Assembly: GCA_963977015.1 (NCBI GenBank)
Contig: CAXBMO010000001.1
Location: 96,001 to 160,000 of the forward strand
Origin: an uncultured bacterium
GTDB taxonomy: Bacteria; Verrucomicrobiota; Verrucomicrobiia; Verrucomicrobiales; DEV007
Direction: 5' to 3'
Length of the DNA: 64,000 nt
The position numbers and the translations under genes are program-made. The notes below the pieces were generated by a model. That model saw nothing but the letters and a program-made list of their open reading frames with translations, was not told where the DNA came from and made no database searches. Within the stretch, counting starts at the first letter, position 1, and each line of letters opens with the position of its first letter. Below, in pieces: positions 51,391-60,697 of the stretch.

Positions 51391-54300
51391 AGCGACTTGA
51401 TCGCAATGTTCCGGAACATGACGGGATCGTTGTGTCCCGCGAATCCAAAGTGGCCTTTCTTGAGGTCTTTACCCGGATGAGGGCGTTCCTTCATGAAGTC
51501 CTTCTGGGTGATTTTGCTGAGGTCCGTATCAACGATGACCGAGCCATTCAGTTCCACCTTGATGGTGGATCCCTTGATCGTGACTTCCTGGTAATTCCAT
51601 TGTCCCACGGGGCGAAGATAACCGCGCTTGGCGGGGACCATTCCGTAGGGGCTGCCGTGGTATTGCCGTGGATCCAGCTTGGCGTATTTTTCGGCGGTGT
51701 TGTCGAGAACCTGCAGCTCACACATCGCGCCGTAAGCAGCATCCCCTTTGCCGGGATAGCGAATGGCAAGGCCATTGTTGCCTCCCGGGGGCAGCTTGAA
51801 TTCAAGCCGGATGACGTGATCGGTGTATTGTTCGTTGGTAAAGAGAACTCCGCCGTGACCAGGCTTGCAGCGAATGGCGCCATCGACGACTTCGTAATTC
51901 TCCACGGCGCCCTGCCAACCGCTGAAGTCCTTACCGTTGAACACGGACTTGAACCCTTGCGCTGCATCATTTCCGCGGAGCAGACCGTTGGCCTCATCCC
52001 CTGAATAGTCCTTCACAAAGATATTCCGCCAGCGGATTTCGCCGCCATGGGTTTGCAAGTGTATCGGGCCTGTTTTTGGGAGCGGCGCGCTACGGTCCCA
52101 GTAATTCTCCCAGATGGCTCCATCGACCACGGGTTGATCGTTGAGCCAAACCCAGGTTCGTGCGCCGAGCTGTCGAATTCTGAAGTTGTTCCACTGGCCG
52201 AAAGCTTTGTCCGCGAGCACTTTTGGATCCTTGCCCGGAGCTCCCGCGCTGTTGTTCCACAGCCCTCCAGATCCTTTGTCCGCGCCAATTTTCCACTTCT
52301 TCTCATCTGTGTAGTCCCAGATTTGAACCTGGGGCGTGCCGCGAAGGTAAATTCCGCTGTCCGCTTTCGCGACGGTCTTGTAATCGATGTGAAATTCGAT
52401 GTCGCCAAACTCGCGATCCGGAGTTGCGTATGGGCCGTGTCCGTCGTTGACCAGCTCGCCGTTTTCGACGCTCCAGTGAGCTGCGAACTCTTCCTTTTGT
52501 TTGGCGACTTCAGCCTTCAGGGCGTCAGCTCCCTGTTTCTCAGCTTTCGCTCGTCCGTGAGGGTTGTTGCCGTGCCAGCCGTCCAGATTTTTCCCATTGA
52601 AGAGGGAAGTGAATCCTTTGGGGGGAGCTTTCAATTCCGCATTGGGTTTCACGGGAGCTTTTTTCGCCGCCATTTTGGGCTTTGCGGCCGGATTGGATAC
52701 GCTCGTGCTGAAAACGGGATCGTTCTGGTCGCCTTTCGAGAGGAGGTAGGCGAGGAGATCCAGCACATCATCCTTCTCAAGGGTGTTGATCAATCCCGGA
52801 GGCATCATGGATACCGGTGAGGGACGCATGTCCTTGAGAAGCTTGCGATCCACCTTGGTCGTGTCGCTCGGCGCATACATGTTCGTGCTGACTTGGAACG
52901 CATCGCCGCTGAGGTTCATGATTCGCCCGATCACGGTGCTGCCGTCGTTCATCTCGAAGATCATCGCGCCATACTGGTCGGAGATCTCCTTGCTGGGGTT
53001 GGTGATGGATTCAAGGAGGTCGCGGGGGCTGAATTTACCCGCAACTCTGGTCAGGTCAGGGCCGATCGCTCCCCCCTCCTGATTGAAACGGTGGCAGGCG
53101 TAGCAGCCCGTCGTGCCAAACACATTTCGGCCATTCGCGAAGTCCCGGTTTCCTTCGAGACCAACATTGATCACGTCGTCAAGGTCATCGACCGTCCAGT
53201 TCTTGACGAAGCTGCGGGCTTTGAAACTGAACTGTGGGGTCGTGGATTCGGGTTTTGCTTCCAGAATCGGTTTCAGAGCGGCGAGTTGCTCTGGGTTCAG
53301 TTGGGCAACGGCGTCCTTCCGGATGCTGTCGAGAAAGTTGCCGAATGCTGCGCCGCCTTTGTAGGTTTTGGCGCGGACGAACCACTGAAAATAGGATTCG
53401 CGAAGTTCCGGAGTCCAGCCGTCTTTGGCCAGTCTCAGATTCTTGGCGTAGGCAATTTGCTCTTCCTGGGAAGGCGCGCTGTTCAACAGTTGAACGCCTT
53501 TTTTCGGGAGCGATTTGGCGCCAAGGGCTCCAAGCAAGGCGGAAAGCTCGAGGTTCTCTTCCGGTGATTTGGCAGGGAAGAGGGGATCGAGTTGAGCGAT
53601 GAGCTGCTGTTTCTGAGAGGGGCTGTAGTTGTAAGGAAACTCTCCACCAAATCGGGAAATCGTCAGGCCGTAAGCCCGGAGAAAGTCGAGCTTCTGTTGC
53701 TTGTTGAGGCGGTTGTAATCCAAGGTGCTGAGCGCACTGAAAATGTCGCTTTCCGTACCTTTGCGTGCGGTTCCGACTCTCGCTGCGGCGATCATTGCAG
53801 CCAGTTTCGCCTGAGGATTGGGTTCGGAAACGGCAAGGCCAATCCATTGGTCGATGGGTTGGTGCTCCAGCGCAACCCTGGCTGCATAGCGGATGGCCCG
53901 GTCGGTGCTCGCAAGGTGAGGCCAAGCTTCGAGAATCGCACTGGGACTTTCTACCCCGTGCCATTTTTCCAGTTTTTTGCGTAATTCACGAGCTTGTTCG
54001 CCACCCTTGGCAAGGGGAGCTGGCTTGGTTGATTCCTTGCCAACGTAGCTGACGCGATAGAGTCCGGATTGAACCCTGCGACCGCCAATCGCGACATACA
54101 TATTGCCGTCGGGATGGATGACCAGGTCCGTCAATGGAAGCGGCTGAGCGGCCATGAATTCCTCAAAATCAGCCTTGTAGCTCGATCCGTCAGGTTGGAG
54201 ATGAACCGCATACATCTTTCCGTAGCTCCAGTCACAGATGAACAATGCCTCCTGATATTTGGCGGGAAACTTGGCTCCGTATCCAAAGACGACTCCGGTT

Positions 54301-55718
54301 GGCGAACCCGGGCCGATGTCGACGACGGCTCCGAAACTGTCGCTATAATATTCTGGAAACTTGGCGGACCCGTTACGCCAACCGAATTCCGCGCCGCTGA
54401 TCACGTGATTGATACGGGTTGGGCGATACCACGGGGTGTTGAGGTCCCACTCCATGTCAGCGTCATAGGAAAACAGCTCACCATGGCGGTTGAAGGCCGC
54501 ATCATATTCGTTTCGGAAGCCGGTCGTGATCACTTCCCAGCTTTTGCCTTCCGGATCCGTTTTCGCGATCCAACCGCGGGGAGCTTCGACACCTTTCATG
54601 AACCCGCGACCGTAAATTCGAGGCATGACCTGATCCTCCTCCCAAACGGGTGGAACCCGGGAGCTTGATCCTTCCGGGAGCGCGGTTTGGTTCCCGCAGA
54701 CAACGTAGAGAGACTTTCCGTCGGGCCCCAGAAGCACGGCATGGGGGCCGTGTTCACCACCGCTCTCCTCAAATTTTTTCAGCAGCTCAACCTTATCCAG
54801 CTTGTCGTCATTGTTGGTGTCGCGCGCCCGATACAAGCCGCGTCCTCCGTGCTCCTTGGTATTGAGCACCGCATACAGGGAATCGTGCGCCCAAAGCAAT
54901 CCCTGGGCTCCCCCCAGATCGATTTCAATTTTTTCAACGTCACTCGATGTCAGCGTCTGGTTGGGGCCGGGAGTTTTGAAGCGATAAAGCCACCCGTATT
55001 GGTCGCTGACGATGAGTCGGTCTTTATCATCCACCGTCATGGAGACCCATGAGCCTTGAGTCTCTTTGGGAACGGAGTAAATAAGTTCAGCTTTGAATCC
55101 CTCGGGCAGTTTGATGCTATCGACCGGCGTTGCGGTTGGTGTGCGGAGAGCGTCGCCACTCAGAGCTTTTGCGGTAATCAGTTCGCGGGGCGCTGACCCG
55201 GCGGGATTGAGTTTGGTGGCTTTCTTCCAAAGCTTGGATGTTGCTTTGGGGGTGAAGTTTGCAGCCATCCACCCTTTTTCAGCTTTCGGGCTCACCTTCC
55301 AGTTGCCATCCGTTGTGATTATCCGGCTACCACTCGGGCCCTGATCTGTTTCCAAGCTGAGCCTTGCGATGAATCCTGCGGCCCCCCCTTCGTTCGCGGC
55401 GCGAACCGCGATGACGTTTTTGGCGCCTTTTCGAAGCAGCGCAGTGATGTCTTCAATTTGAATCTTGCTCCAGTCTCGACCGTTGAACGCGCGAGTCTCG
55501 TTGATGAAGAGCAGGAAATTGTCGTCCGCTGAAACGGCCAGCTTGGCCTTGGTGAGGTTGGCTGGAACGACAAACTCTTTGCGAAAGTAAGCGGTGTCAG
55601 TGTTGGCATCGTCCGTCCAGATCCAGTATGGAACGGGTTGATTCTCCGAAGTCTGACCAATTACGACTTCATTGAAGAGGGGCAATGCGAAGAGCAGAAA
55701 GGCGAGGGTTTTACGCAT
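51387..55718 (-). CDS. Large exported PVC-type heme protein: beta-sandwich + propeller + HEAT + cytochrome c + two DUF1080 domains
   Basis: Signal peptide, SADDNF, GEHGPH, DADMEWD, CYACH, two LFNGK.L.GW-type starts with LQTHG/FAGH ends. Confidence 0.85.
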   Translation of the reverse strand: MRKTLAFLLFALPLFNEVVIGQTSENQPVPYWIWTDDANTDTAYFRKEFVVPANLTKAKLAVSADDNFLLFINETRAFNGRDWSKIQIEDITALLRKGAKNVIAVRAANEGGAAGFIARLSLETDQGPSGSRIITTDGNWKVSPKAEKGWMAANFTPKATSKLWKKATKLNPAGSAPRELITAKALSGDALRTPTATPVDSIKLPEGFKAELIYSVPKETQGSWVSMTVDDKDRLIVSDQYGWLYRFKTPGPNQTLTSSDVEKIEIDLGGAQGLLWAHDSLYAVLNTKEHGGRGLYRARDTNNDDKLDKVELLKKFEESGGEHGPHAVLLGPDGKSLYVVCGNQTALPEGSSSRVPPVWEEDQVMPRIYGRGFMKGVEAPRGWIAKTDPEGKSWEVITTGFRNEYDAAFNRHGELFSYDADMEWDLNTPWYRPTRINHVISGAEFGWRNGSAKFPEYYSDSFGAVVDIGPGSPTGVVFGYGAKFPAKYQEALFICDWSYGKMYAVHLQPDGSSYKADFEEFMAAQPLPLTDLVIHPDGNMYVAIGGRRVQSGLYRVSYVGKESTKPAPLAKGGEQARELRKKLEKWHGVESPSAILEAWPHLASTDRAIRYAARVALEHQPIDQWIGLAVSEPNPQAKLAAMIAAARVGTARKGTESDIFSALSTLDYNRLNKQQKLDFLRAYGLTISRFGGEFPYNYSPSQKQQLIAQLDPLFPAKSPEENLELSALLGALGAKSLPKKGVQLLNSAPSQEEQIAYAKNLRLAKDGWTPELRESYFQWFVRAKTYKGGAAFGNFLDSIRKDAVAQLNPEQLAALKPILEAKPESTTPQFSFKARSFVKNWTVDDLDDVINVGLEGNRDFANGRNVFGTTGCYACHRFNQEGGAIGPDLTRVAGKFSPRDLLESITNPSKEISDQYGAMIFEMNDGSTVIGRIMNLSGDAFQVSTNMYAPSDTTKVDRKLLKDMRPSPVSMMPPGLINTLEKDDVLDLLAYLLSKGDQNDPVFSTSVSNPAAKPKMAAKKAPVKPNAELKAPPKGFTSLFNGKNLDGWHGNNPHGRAKAEKQGADALKAEVAKQKEEFAAHWSVENGELVNDGHGPYATPDREFGDIEFHIDYKTVAKADSGIYLRGTPQVQIWDYTDEKKWKIGADKGSGGLWNNSAGAPGKDPKVLADKAFGQWNNFRIRQLGARTWVWLNDQPVVDGAIWENYWDRSAPLPKTGPIHLQTHGGEIRWRNIFVKDYSGDEANGLLRGNDAAQGFKSVFNGKDFSGWQGAVENYEVVDGAIRCKPGHGGVLFTNEQYTDHVIRLEFKLPPGGNNGLAIRYPGKGDAAYGAMCELQVLDNTAEKYAKLDPRQYHGSPYGMVPAKRGYLRPVGQWNYQEVTIKGSTIKVELNGSVIVDTDLSKITQKDFMKERPHPGKDLKKGHFGFAGHNDPVMFRNIAIKSL

Positions 55719-55789
55719 AGTTTTGAGACTATGCTTGCTATGATTGGTGTCAACGTTTCGACAGCCAAATCCTGAAGTTTACAAGAAAA

Positions 55790-55821
55790 ATCCGTTTTCC
55801 GATTTTATTCGGAAAACGGAT
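55790..55821 (-). terminator. Intrinsic terminator downstream of the receiver-domain gene
   Basis: ATCCGTTTTCCGA-N6-TCGGAAAACGGAT perfect 13-bp stem, followed by TTTTCTT on the minus strand. Confidence 0.7.
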
Positions 55822-55853
55822 CTTACGAAATTGTCGTGGGAAAAAACGCTGAT

Positions 55854-56303
55854 CTAGGCAGCAACCCTTTCCTCATCGAGGATTCTTCGAATATGGACCG
55901 CCAGTTGTTGTGGCGTGTAGGGTTTGGGGAGCAGATCCGCATAGCGCTCTTCAGGAGTGTTGGCAAAGGCGTCGCCCAAGGCTGCCTCAATCGTATAGCC
56001 CGTGGTGTAGAGAACTTTAAAGTCGCTCCGAATCTTACGGGCTTGGCTTACGAACTCGGGTCCGCGAACATTGGGCATGACAACGTCGCTGAGGATGAGG
56101 TCGATGCGGTCGGTGAAGTCTTTGACCAGTTCAAGAGCAATCGCTCCGTCAGCTGCGGTTATGACTTCATAGCCCAGAGAATCAAGCACGCGGTGGAACA
56201 GCTTTCGGATCAACTCCTCATCTTCGACAAAGACGATGGTTTCATTGCCTTTGGGAAGCTGTGGTGTGCCTGAAGGGGGGGGGGAAATATTAGTGGGGCT
56301 CAT
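55854..56303 (-). CDS. Stand-alone response regulator receiver
   Basis: VEDE, ILSDVVMP, TGY, PKPY. Confidence 0.88.
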   Translation of the reverse strand: MSPTNISPPPSGTPQLPKGNETIVFVEDEELIRKLFHRVLDSLGYEVITAADGAIALELVKDFTDRIDLILSDVVMPNVRGPEFVSQARKIRSDFKVLYTTGYTIEAALGDAFANTPEERYADLLPKPYTPQQLAVHIRRILDEERVAA

Positions 56304-56422
56304 TGTAGCAAAGGTAGCGCAGGCTAATTTTAGTGTTTTACTATAATTTCCATAAATTAACTGTCAAATGCTGCTATGTATCAATTTCCACATTATTTTC
56401 ATCCTGCATCCCGATGAAGGGC

Positions 56423-56887
56423 TCAGTCTTTGGGCTCACTGGGGTGAATACCGCCTGAACGGGGCCACGGGGGCCCGGGTGGAGGAGATGGTTCTCCTTT
56501 CCGGTTGGGCTGGTTCTGCAGTCGCTCTCTGACTTTTTGCCGTGAAGCTTTCAATTCTTCTTTCTGCTCGTCCGAGAGGTGAGTTTCCAATTCTTCGTAA
56601 AACTCCCGAATTGAGGTCCAACTGCGATTCATCGCCATTCTTCGATATTGGTGCAGCTCGGAACTCGTTTTTTGCAAAATGGGCTGGATGGCGTCTCGTT
56701 GCTCGGCGGTAAGATCCAATTCGCTATCCAAACGATTCATCATCATCGTCGCCCAACCTTCCGGCTTGCCCATCTTGCGATGACGTTGCTTGCCTTCGCG
56801 AAGCCCTACCGAATAACCGATTCCGACACCGGCGATCAAAATGACCAGCAGCGCCGCGACGATTTTTAGATAGCGCCTTACCATCAT
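56423..56887 (-). CDS. Periplasmic Spy/CpxP/heavy-metal-sensor-like helical protein
   Basis: N-terminal TM, LDLTAEQ and LSDEQ repeats; third gene of the ECF operon. Confidence 0.65.
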   Translation of the reverse strand: MMVRRYLKIVAALLVILIAGVGIGYSVGLREGKQRHRKMGKPEGWATMMMNRLDSELDLTAEQRDAIQPILQKTSSELHQYRRMAMNRSWTSIREFYEELETHLSDEQKEELKASRQKVRERLQNQPNRKGEPSPPPGPPWPRSGGIHPSEPKD

Positions 56888-57207
56888 TCGCTGAAGTCTC
56901 CGTTTGCCGATTCTTCGAGGGGTGGAACAACCAATAGTTCTTGGCGGCGCTCACTCTGTTCCTTTACGAAGCTAAAGAGACCAAAAGCGACCGCGCAGGT
57001 TGAACAGGCGATGGCGGTTCGAATGGACGTCCGCTCCCAGGCTCGAAACAGTTCATTTTTTCTCCATTCTTGCCATTGCGCGACCACCCGCGTGGAAAAT
57101 CCAACAGGGGCCTGGGTGTCATCCGCTTTTTCGGAAGGAAAAAGCATCCGGAAAGCTGCTATCAGGCGGTTCCAAGGCTCAAAATTGAGGTCGGGTTCAC
57201 TTTTCAT
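56884..57207 (-). CDS. Putative anti-sigma factor
   Basis: APVGFSTRV motif and one TM; overlaps the sigma gene. Confidence 0.6.
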   Translation of the reverse strand: MKSEPDLNFEPWNRLIAAFRMLFPSEKADDTQAPVGFSTRVVAQWQEWRKNELFRAWERTSIRTAIACSTCAVAFGLFSFVKEQSERRQELLVVPPLEESANGDFSE

Positions 57208-57799
57208 GTTGAAGTTGTGGTTCGAGTTTTTCGAGCGTGGCCCGGAGTTTCTTGCGAGCTCGAAACGCGGTCACTTTCACTCGCGATTCGCCCCAATTCA
57301 GCTGTTCGGCGATGTCTTTGACCCGCATTTCTTCGAGGTCGAGCATTCGGAGCACCTGCTGTTCTCTCGGTTTCAAGGTCGCCAAGAGCCGGTTCAGGAG
57401 GTCTTTCACTCCTTGAGCTGTATCCAGCATGGTGTCGGAATTCGCGTTCTCGAAAAGCATCGCCTCCAACACGTGAGTTTCCTCTTCGCGTAGATCTGCA
57501 TAGCGCAGTTCGCCCCGTCGCTGTTGCTTCCGCAAATGATCGTAGCAAGTGTTGCGCGCGATTCTGGAGACCCAGTGCTCGATGGGTTGTAAGCCGCGAT
57601 AGGTCTCTAATTTGGCGAACATCTTCATGAAAACTTCCTGCGCCAAGTCTTCTTCGTCCATGGCAAACGGCCGATGATTGCGCACAATCCGAATCACGGT
57701 TGGATAAAGGCGCTCTACCATCGCTTTTCCGGCAGAGGAATTCCCTTGCCGCACTTGCTGGAGGAGGCGGTTCCAATCGTCGTCTTCGTATTGTGCCAT
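57197..57799 (-). CDS. ECF RNA polymerase sigma factor
   Basis: EDLAQEVF, WVSRIARNTCYDHLR, VKVTAFRARKKL. Confidence 0.92.
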   Translation of the reverse strand: MAQYEDDDWNRLLQQVRQGNSSAGKAMVERLYPTVIRIVRNHRPFAMDEEDLAQEVFMKMFAKLETYRGLQPIEHWVSRIARNTCYDHLRKQQRRGELRYADLREEETHVLEAMLFENANSDTMLDTAQGVKDLLNRLLATLKPREQQVLRMLDLEEMRVKDIAEQLNWGESRVKVTAFRARKKLRATLEKLEPQLQHEK

Positions 57800-57942
57800 G
57801 TTTGGCGCTTGGCATGCCGGACTTTGCGTCGGATTACAGTTGATGACGCCTTTCCGAATGGTCGGTTACGGTATCGCCAAGAATCTTGAGAAAAACGAGG
57901 ACAGAAATCCAGTAATTCGGTTAAAGAATGGCGGGGAGTGAC

Positions 57943-58434
57943 TCAGGCCGCTTGGTTGGTTTCAAAACGAAGTCGTGATCGCCTTGGTCGTCGTGTTCGA
58001 AAGATCGGTTCGACAGTTGCCTTCAACGGTGAGTCGAAATGTTGACGGTGTTCGTGGAAGTAGAGGTCGTTGACGCTGGCCATGATACGGGAGGGGAAAT
58101 CGTATGGGCCGAATTCCATGGCTGTTCCCAGGTAGGAGAGCGGGCCGATCTTGTAGGGGATTTCGCAAGTTGAATCCATGATTACCAGGCAAAGCTTCAC
58201 CGAGCAGGAGTCGTTGAGAATGCAATTTCCGTGGCGGTCGACTTTTTCCCAGAAGCCGCTGATTCGAATCTTTGCTCCCTGTCCCGGCTCTCCTCGCCAA
58301 AGCTCAGTGCTCAGGCAGGAGGCCGGGTTAATTTCGGTCGTGTAGGTTGAGGGAGGATTTGGGGGCGAGGTTGGGTCGAGGCTTGTATCCCGAGCCATCG
58401 ACCTTTGTCGGTCGGGGGATTGAGTGGGGCTCAT
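57943..58434 (-). CDS. Hypothetical protein
   Basis: 163-aa ATG ORF filling the gap; no recognised motif. Confidence 0.45.
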   Translation of the reverse strand: MSPTQSPDRQRSMARDTSLDPTSPPNPPSTYTTEINPASCLSTELWRGEPGQGAKIRISGFWEKVDRHGNCILNDSCSVKLCLVIMDSTCEIPYKIGPLSYLGTAMEFGPYDFPSRIMASVNDLYFHEHRQHFDSPLKATVEPIFRTRRPRRSRLRFETNQAA

Positions 58435-58523
58435 TGTCTAAGCTGGTGTGTGTTGTGTATCTACCAAGTCGCAATCTGTTCCCCGTCGTTGCATTACAAT
58501 CAGCACTGTGAATTGTAGCCTCA

Positions 58524-59630
58524 ATGCGCGTACTCATTGCTCCCGACAAATTCAAAGGTTCGATGACCGCCCGGGAGGCGGCGGAAACTATTCAAGATGC
58601 ATTGGGGCACGATTGGTCTGCGACATGCCTCCCGATCGCTGACGGAGGGGAGGGGACCGCAGAAGCACTAACCGATGCACTCGCTGGGGAATGGATTCGT
58701 TGTTCAGCTCGCGATCCGCTGGGGCGGGTTGTTGAATCCGGTTACGGCTTGGTCCCAGGGCCTCCGAAAACGGCGATTATTGAGATGAGCCATGCTTCCG
58801 GACTGTGGCGTCTCAATCCGGACGAACTGGATCCCTGGGTCGCTTCAACGTTTGGAACGGGCGAGTTGATTCGGAACGCGGTTGAGAAGGGGGCCGAGCG
58901 TATTTTGCTGGGGTTGGGAGGGAGCGCAACCAACGATGGTGGAAGTGGCATGGCCAAGGCGCTGGGCGTGCGGTTTTTGAACGACCAAGGTGAGGATGTT
59001 GAGGAAATTCCTCGCGACTTGCTGCAGGTCCGGCGGATCGATGTGAGCAACCGCCTGGAACTTCCGGAGTTTTCGGCCGCCTGTGATGTCAGCAATCCCC
59101 TTCTCGGTTCGGAAGGCGCAACTCGGGTCTATGGACCACAAAAGGGCGTGAAAGAAAGTCAATTGGCGAACCACGAAGAACGACTGGAGCATCTCGCCAA
59201 TCTCGTTGGGGGAGACTTTCGGGAAATACCAGGATCAGGGGCGGCGGGCGGCCTGGGATTCGGTTGTCTCGCATTTTGTGGTGCCACGCTGGAACCCGGA
59301 TTTGAGTTGGTTGCCGACTTGCTCAACCTCCGCGCCGAAATTCAAAAAGCCGACCTGGTGATCACAGGTGAAGGAAGTCTGGATGCGCAAACACTTCAGG
59401 GAAAAGGGCCACACGGGGTCGCATTGCTGGCGAGGGAGCTTGGCAAGCCTGTCCTGGCGGTTGCTGGAAGGACGGATGGAGCCCCACGGTTGGAAGAAGA
59501 ATTTGATCGCGTCATCGTGATCAGCCCGACGGAGATCCCTGTCGCTGAGGCGATGGAAAGAGGGGGCGAATTTCTCCGCCAAGCCATTGCGCTGGCAGAA
59601 CCATGGATGCGGGATCAAATTCCCGGTTGA
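58524..59630 (+). CDS. Glycerate kinase (GlxK/GarK family)
   Basis: IAPDKFKGS, ADGGEGT, GGSATNDGG, GAAGG, ITGEG. Confidence 0.93.
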   Translation: MRVLIAPDKFKGSMTAREAAETIQDALGHDWSATCLPIADGGEGTAEALTDALAGEWIRCSARDPLGRVVESGYGLVPGPPKTAIIEMSHASGLWRLNPDELDPWVASTFGTGELIRNAVEKGAERILLGLGGSATNDGGSGMAKALGVRFLNDQGEDVEEIPRDLLQVRRIDVSNRLELPEFSAACDVSNPLLGSEGATRVYGPQKGVKESQLANHEERLEHLANLVGGDFREIPGSGAAGGLGFGCLAFCGATLEPGFELVADLLNLRAEIQKADLVITGEGSLDAQTLQGKGPHGVALLARELGKPVLAVAGRTDGAPRLEEEFDRVIVISPTEIPVAEAMERGGEFLRQAIALAEPWMRDQIPG

Positions 59631-59662
59631 TTTGGCAATCAATTACCCCGTAGATGCGCGCC

Positions 59663-60592
59663 ATGCCAAAAGACGTTGTGATTTTGTTTGCCGGACAGGG
59701 TGCCCAGAAAGTGGGCATGGCGAAAGATCTGGCGGAGAGTCACGAGCCGACTTCGAAATTGTTTTCGCAGGCAAATGACCTTCTGGGATTCGACCTGACA
59801 TCCGCCACGTTTGAGGGGCCGATCGACGAATTGACGCGAACGTCTCGCTGCCAGCCTGCACTCTATCTTCACGGCCTGTCATGTCTCAACATTTTGAAAG
59901 AGCGGTTGCCCGATCTCAACCCGGTTGCCGCAGCGGGGCTTTCTCTTGGTGAGTTTACGGCACACGCCGCAGCCGGAACGTTCGATGTTGAAACCGGTCT
60001 CAAGTTGGTGGGAAAGCGAGGAGCGTTTATGGAGGAAGCGACAACGGCGAATCGGGGCACGATGGCGGCAATGATGGGGGGAACCGACGATGCCGTTCGC
60101 GAATTGGCTGAAGAATGCGACGTGGATGTGGCGAATTTCAATGCACCGGGCCAGATCGTCATTTCAGGTTCGGAAGAGGGCATCGATCAGGCAATCGCCG
60201 GCGCCAAGGCGAAAGGGATTCGCATTGCGAAAAAGCTCGAAGTCGCCGGTGCCTATCATTCGCGGCTGATGCAGACCGCTCAGGATCAGCTCATTCCCGT
60301 TCTGGAAGAAGCTTCGATGAAGGCTCCTTCGATTCCGGTTTACTGCAATGTCGATGCCCGCCCGGTGACGGACGAATCCGATATTCGCGAAACCTTGGCA
60401 CGACAAGTTTCCGGAAGCGTCCGTTGGTCGGAGAGCATTCAGAAGTTGATCGCTGAAGGTCATTCAACCTTTCTTGAATTGGGGCCCGGGGGAATTTTGG
60501 CCGGACTCATGAAGCGGATCGACAAGTCCGTGACGGTCATTCGAGTCGAGGATTTGGATTCGATCGACGCGGCAGTTACGGCACTGAGTTAG
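59663..60592 (+). CDS. fabD: Malonyl-CoA-ACP transacylase
   Basis: FAGQGAQ, GLSLGE, ANFNAPGQ, AYHS, ELGPG; alternative start 59654. Confidence 0.93.
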   Translation: MPKDVVILFAGQGAQKVGMAKDLAESHEPTSKLFSQANDLLGFDLTSATFEGPIDELTRTSRCQPALYLHGLSCLNILKERLPDLNPVAAAGLSLGEFTAHAAAGTFDVETGLKLVGKRGAFMEEATTANRGTMAAMMGGTDDAVRELAEECDVDVANFNAPGQIVISGSEEGIDQAIAGAKAKGIRIAKKLEVAGAYHSRLMQTAQDQLIPVLEEASMKAPSIPVYCNVDARPVTDESDIRETLARQVSGSVRWSESIQKLIAEGHSTFLELGPGGILAGLMKRIDKSVTVIRVEDLDSIDAAVTALS

Positions 60593-60697
60593 GTGGAGGC
60601 GCCGGACTGACGGAGTTTCTTCAACTTCGTGATTGTCAAAAAAAACCATCTCCTGTAATCGTCATATCGCTCGGCCGAGGTGGTCTGACGAAAACGA

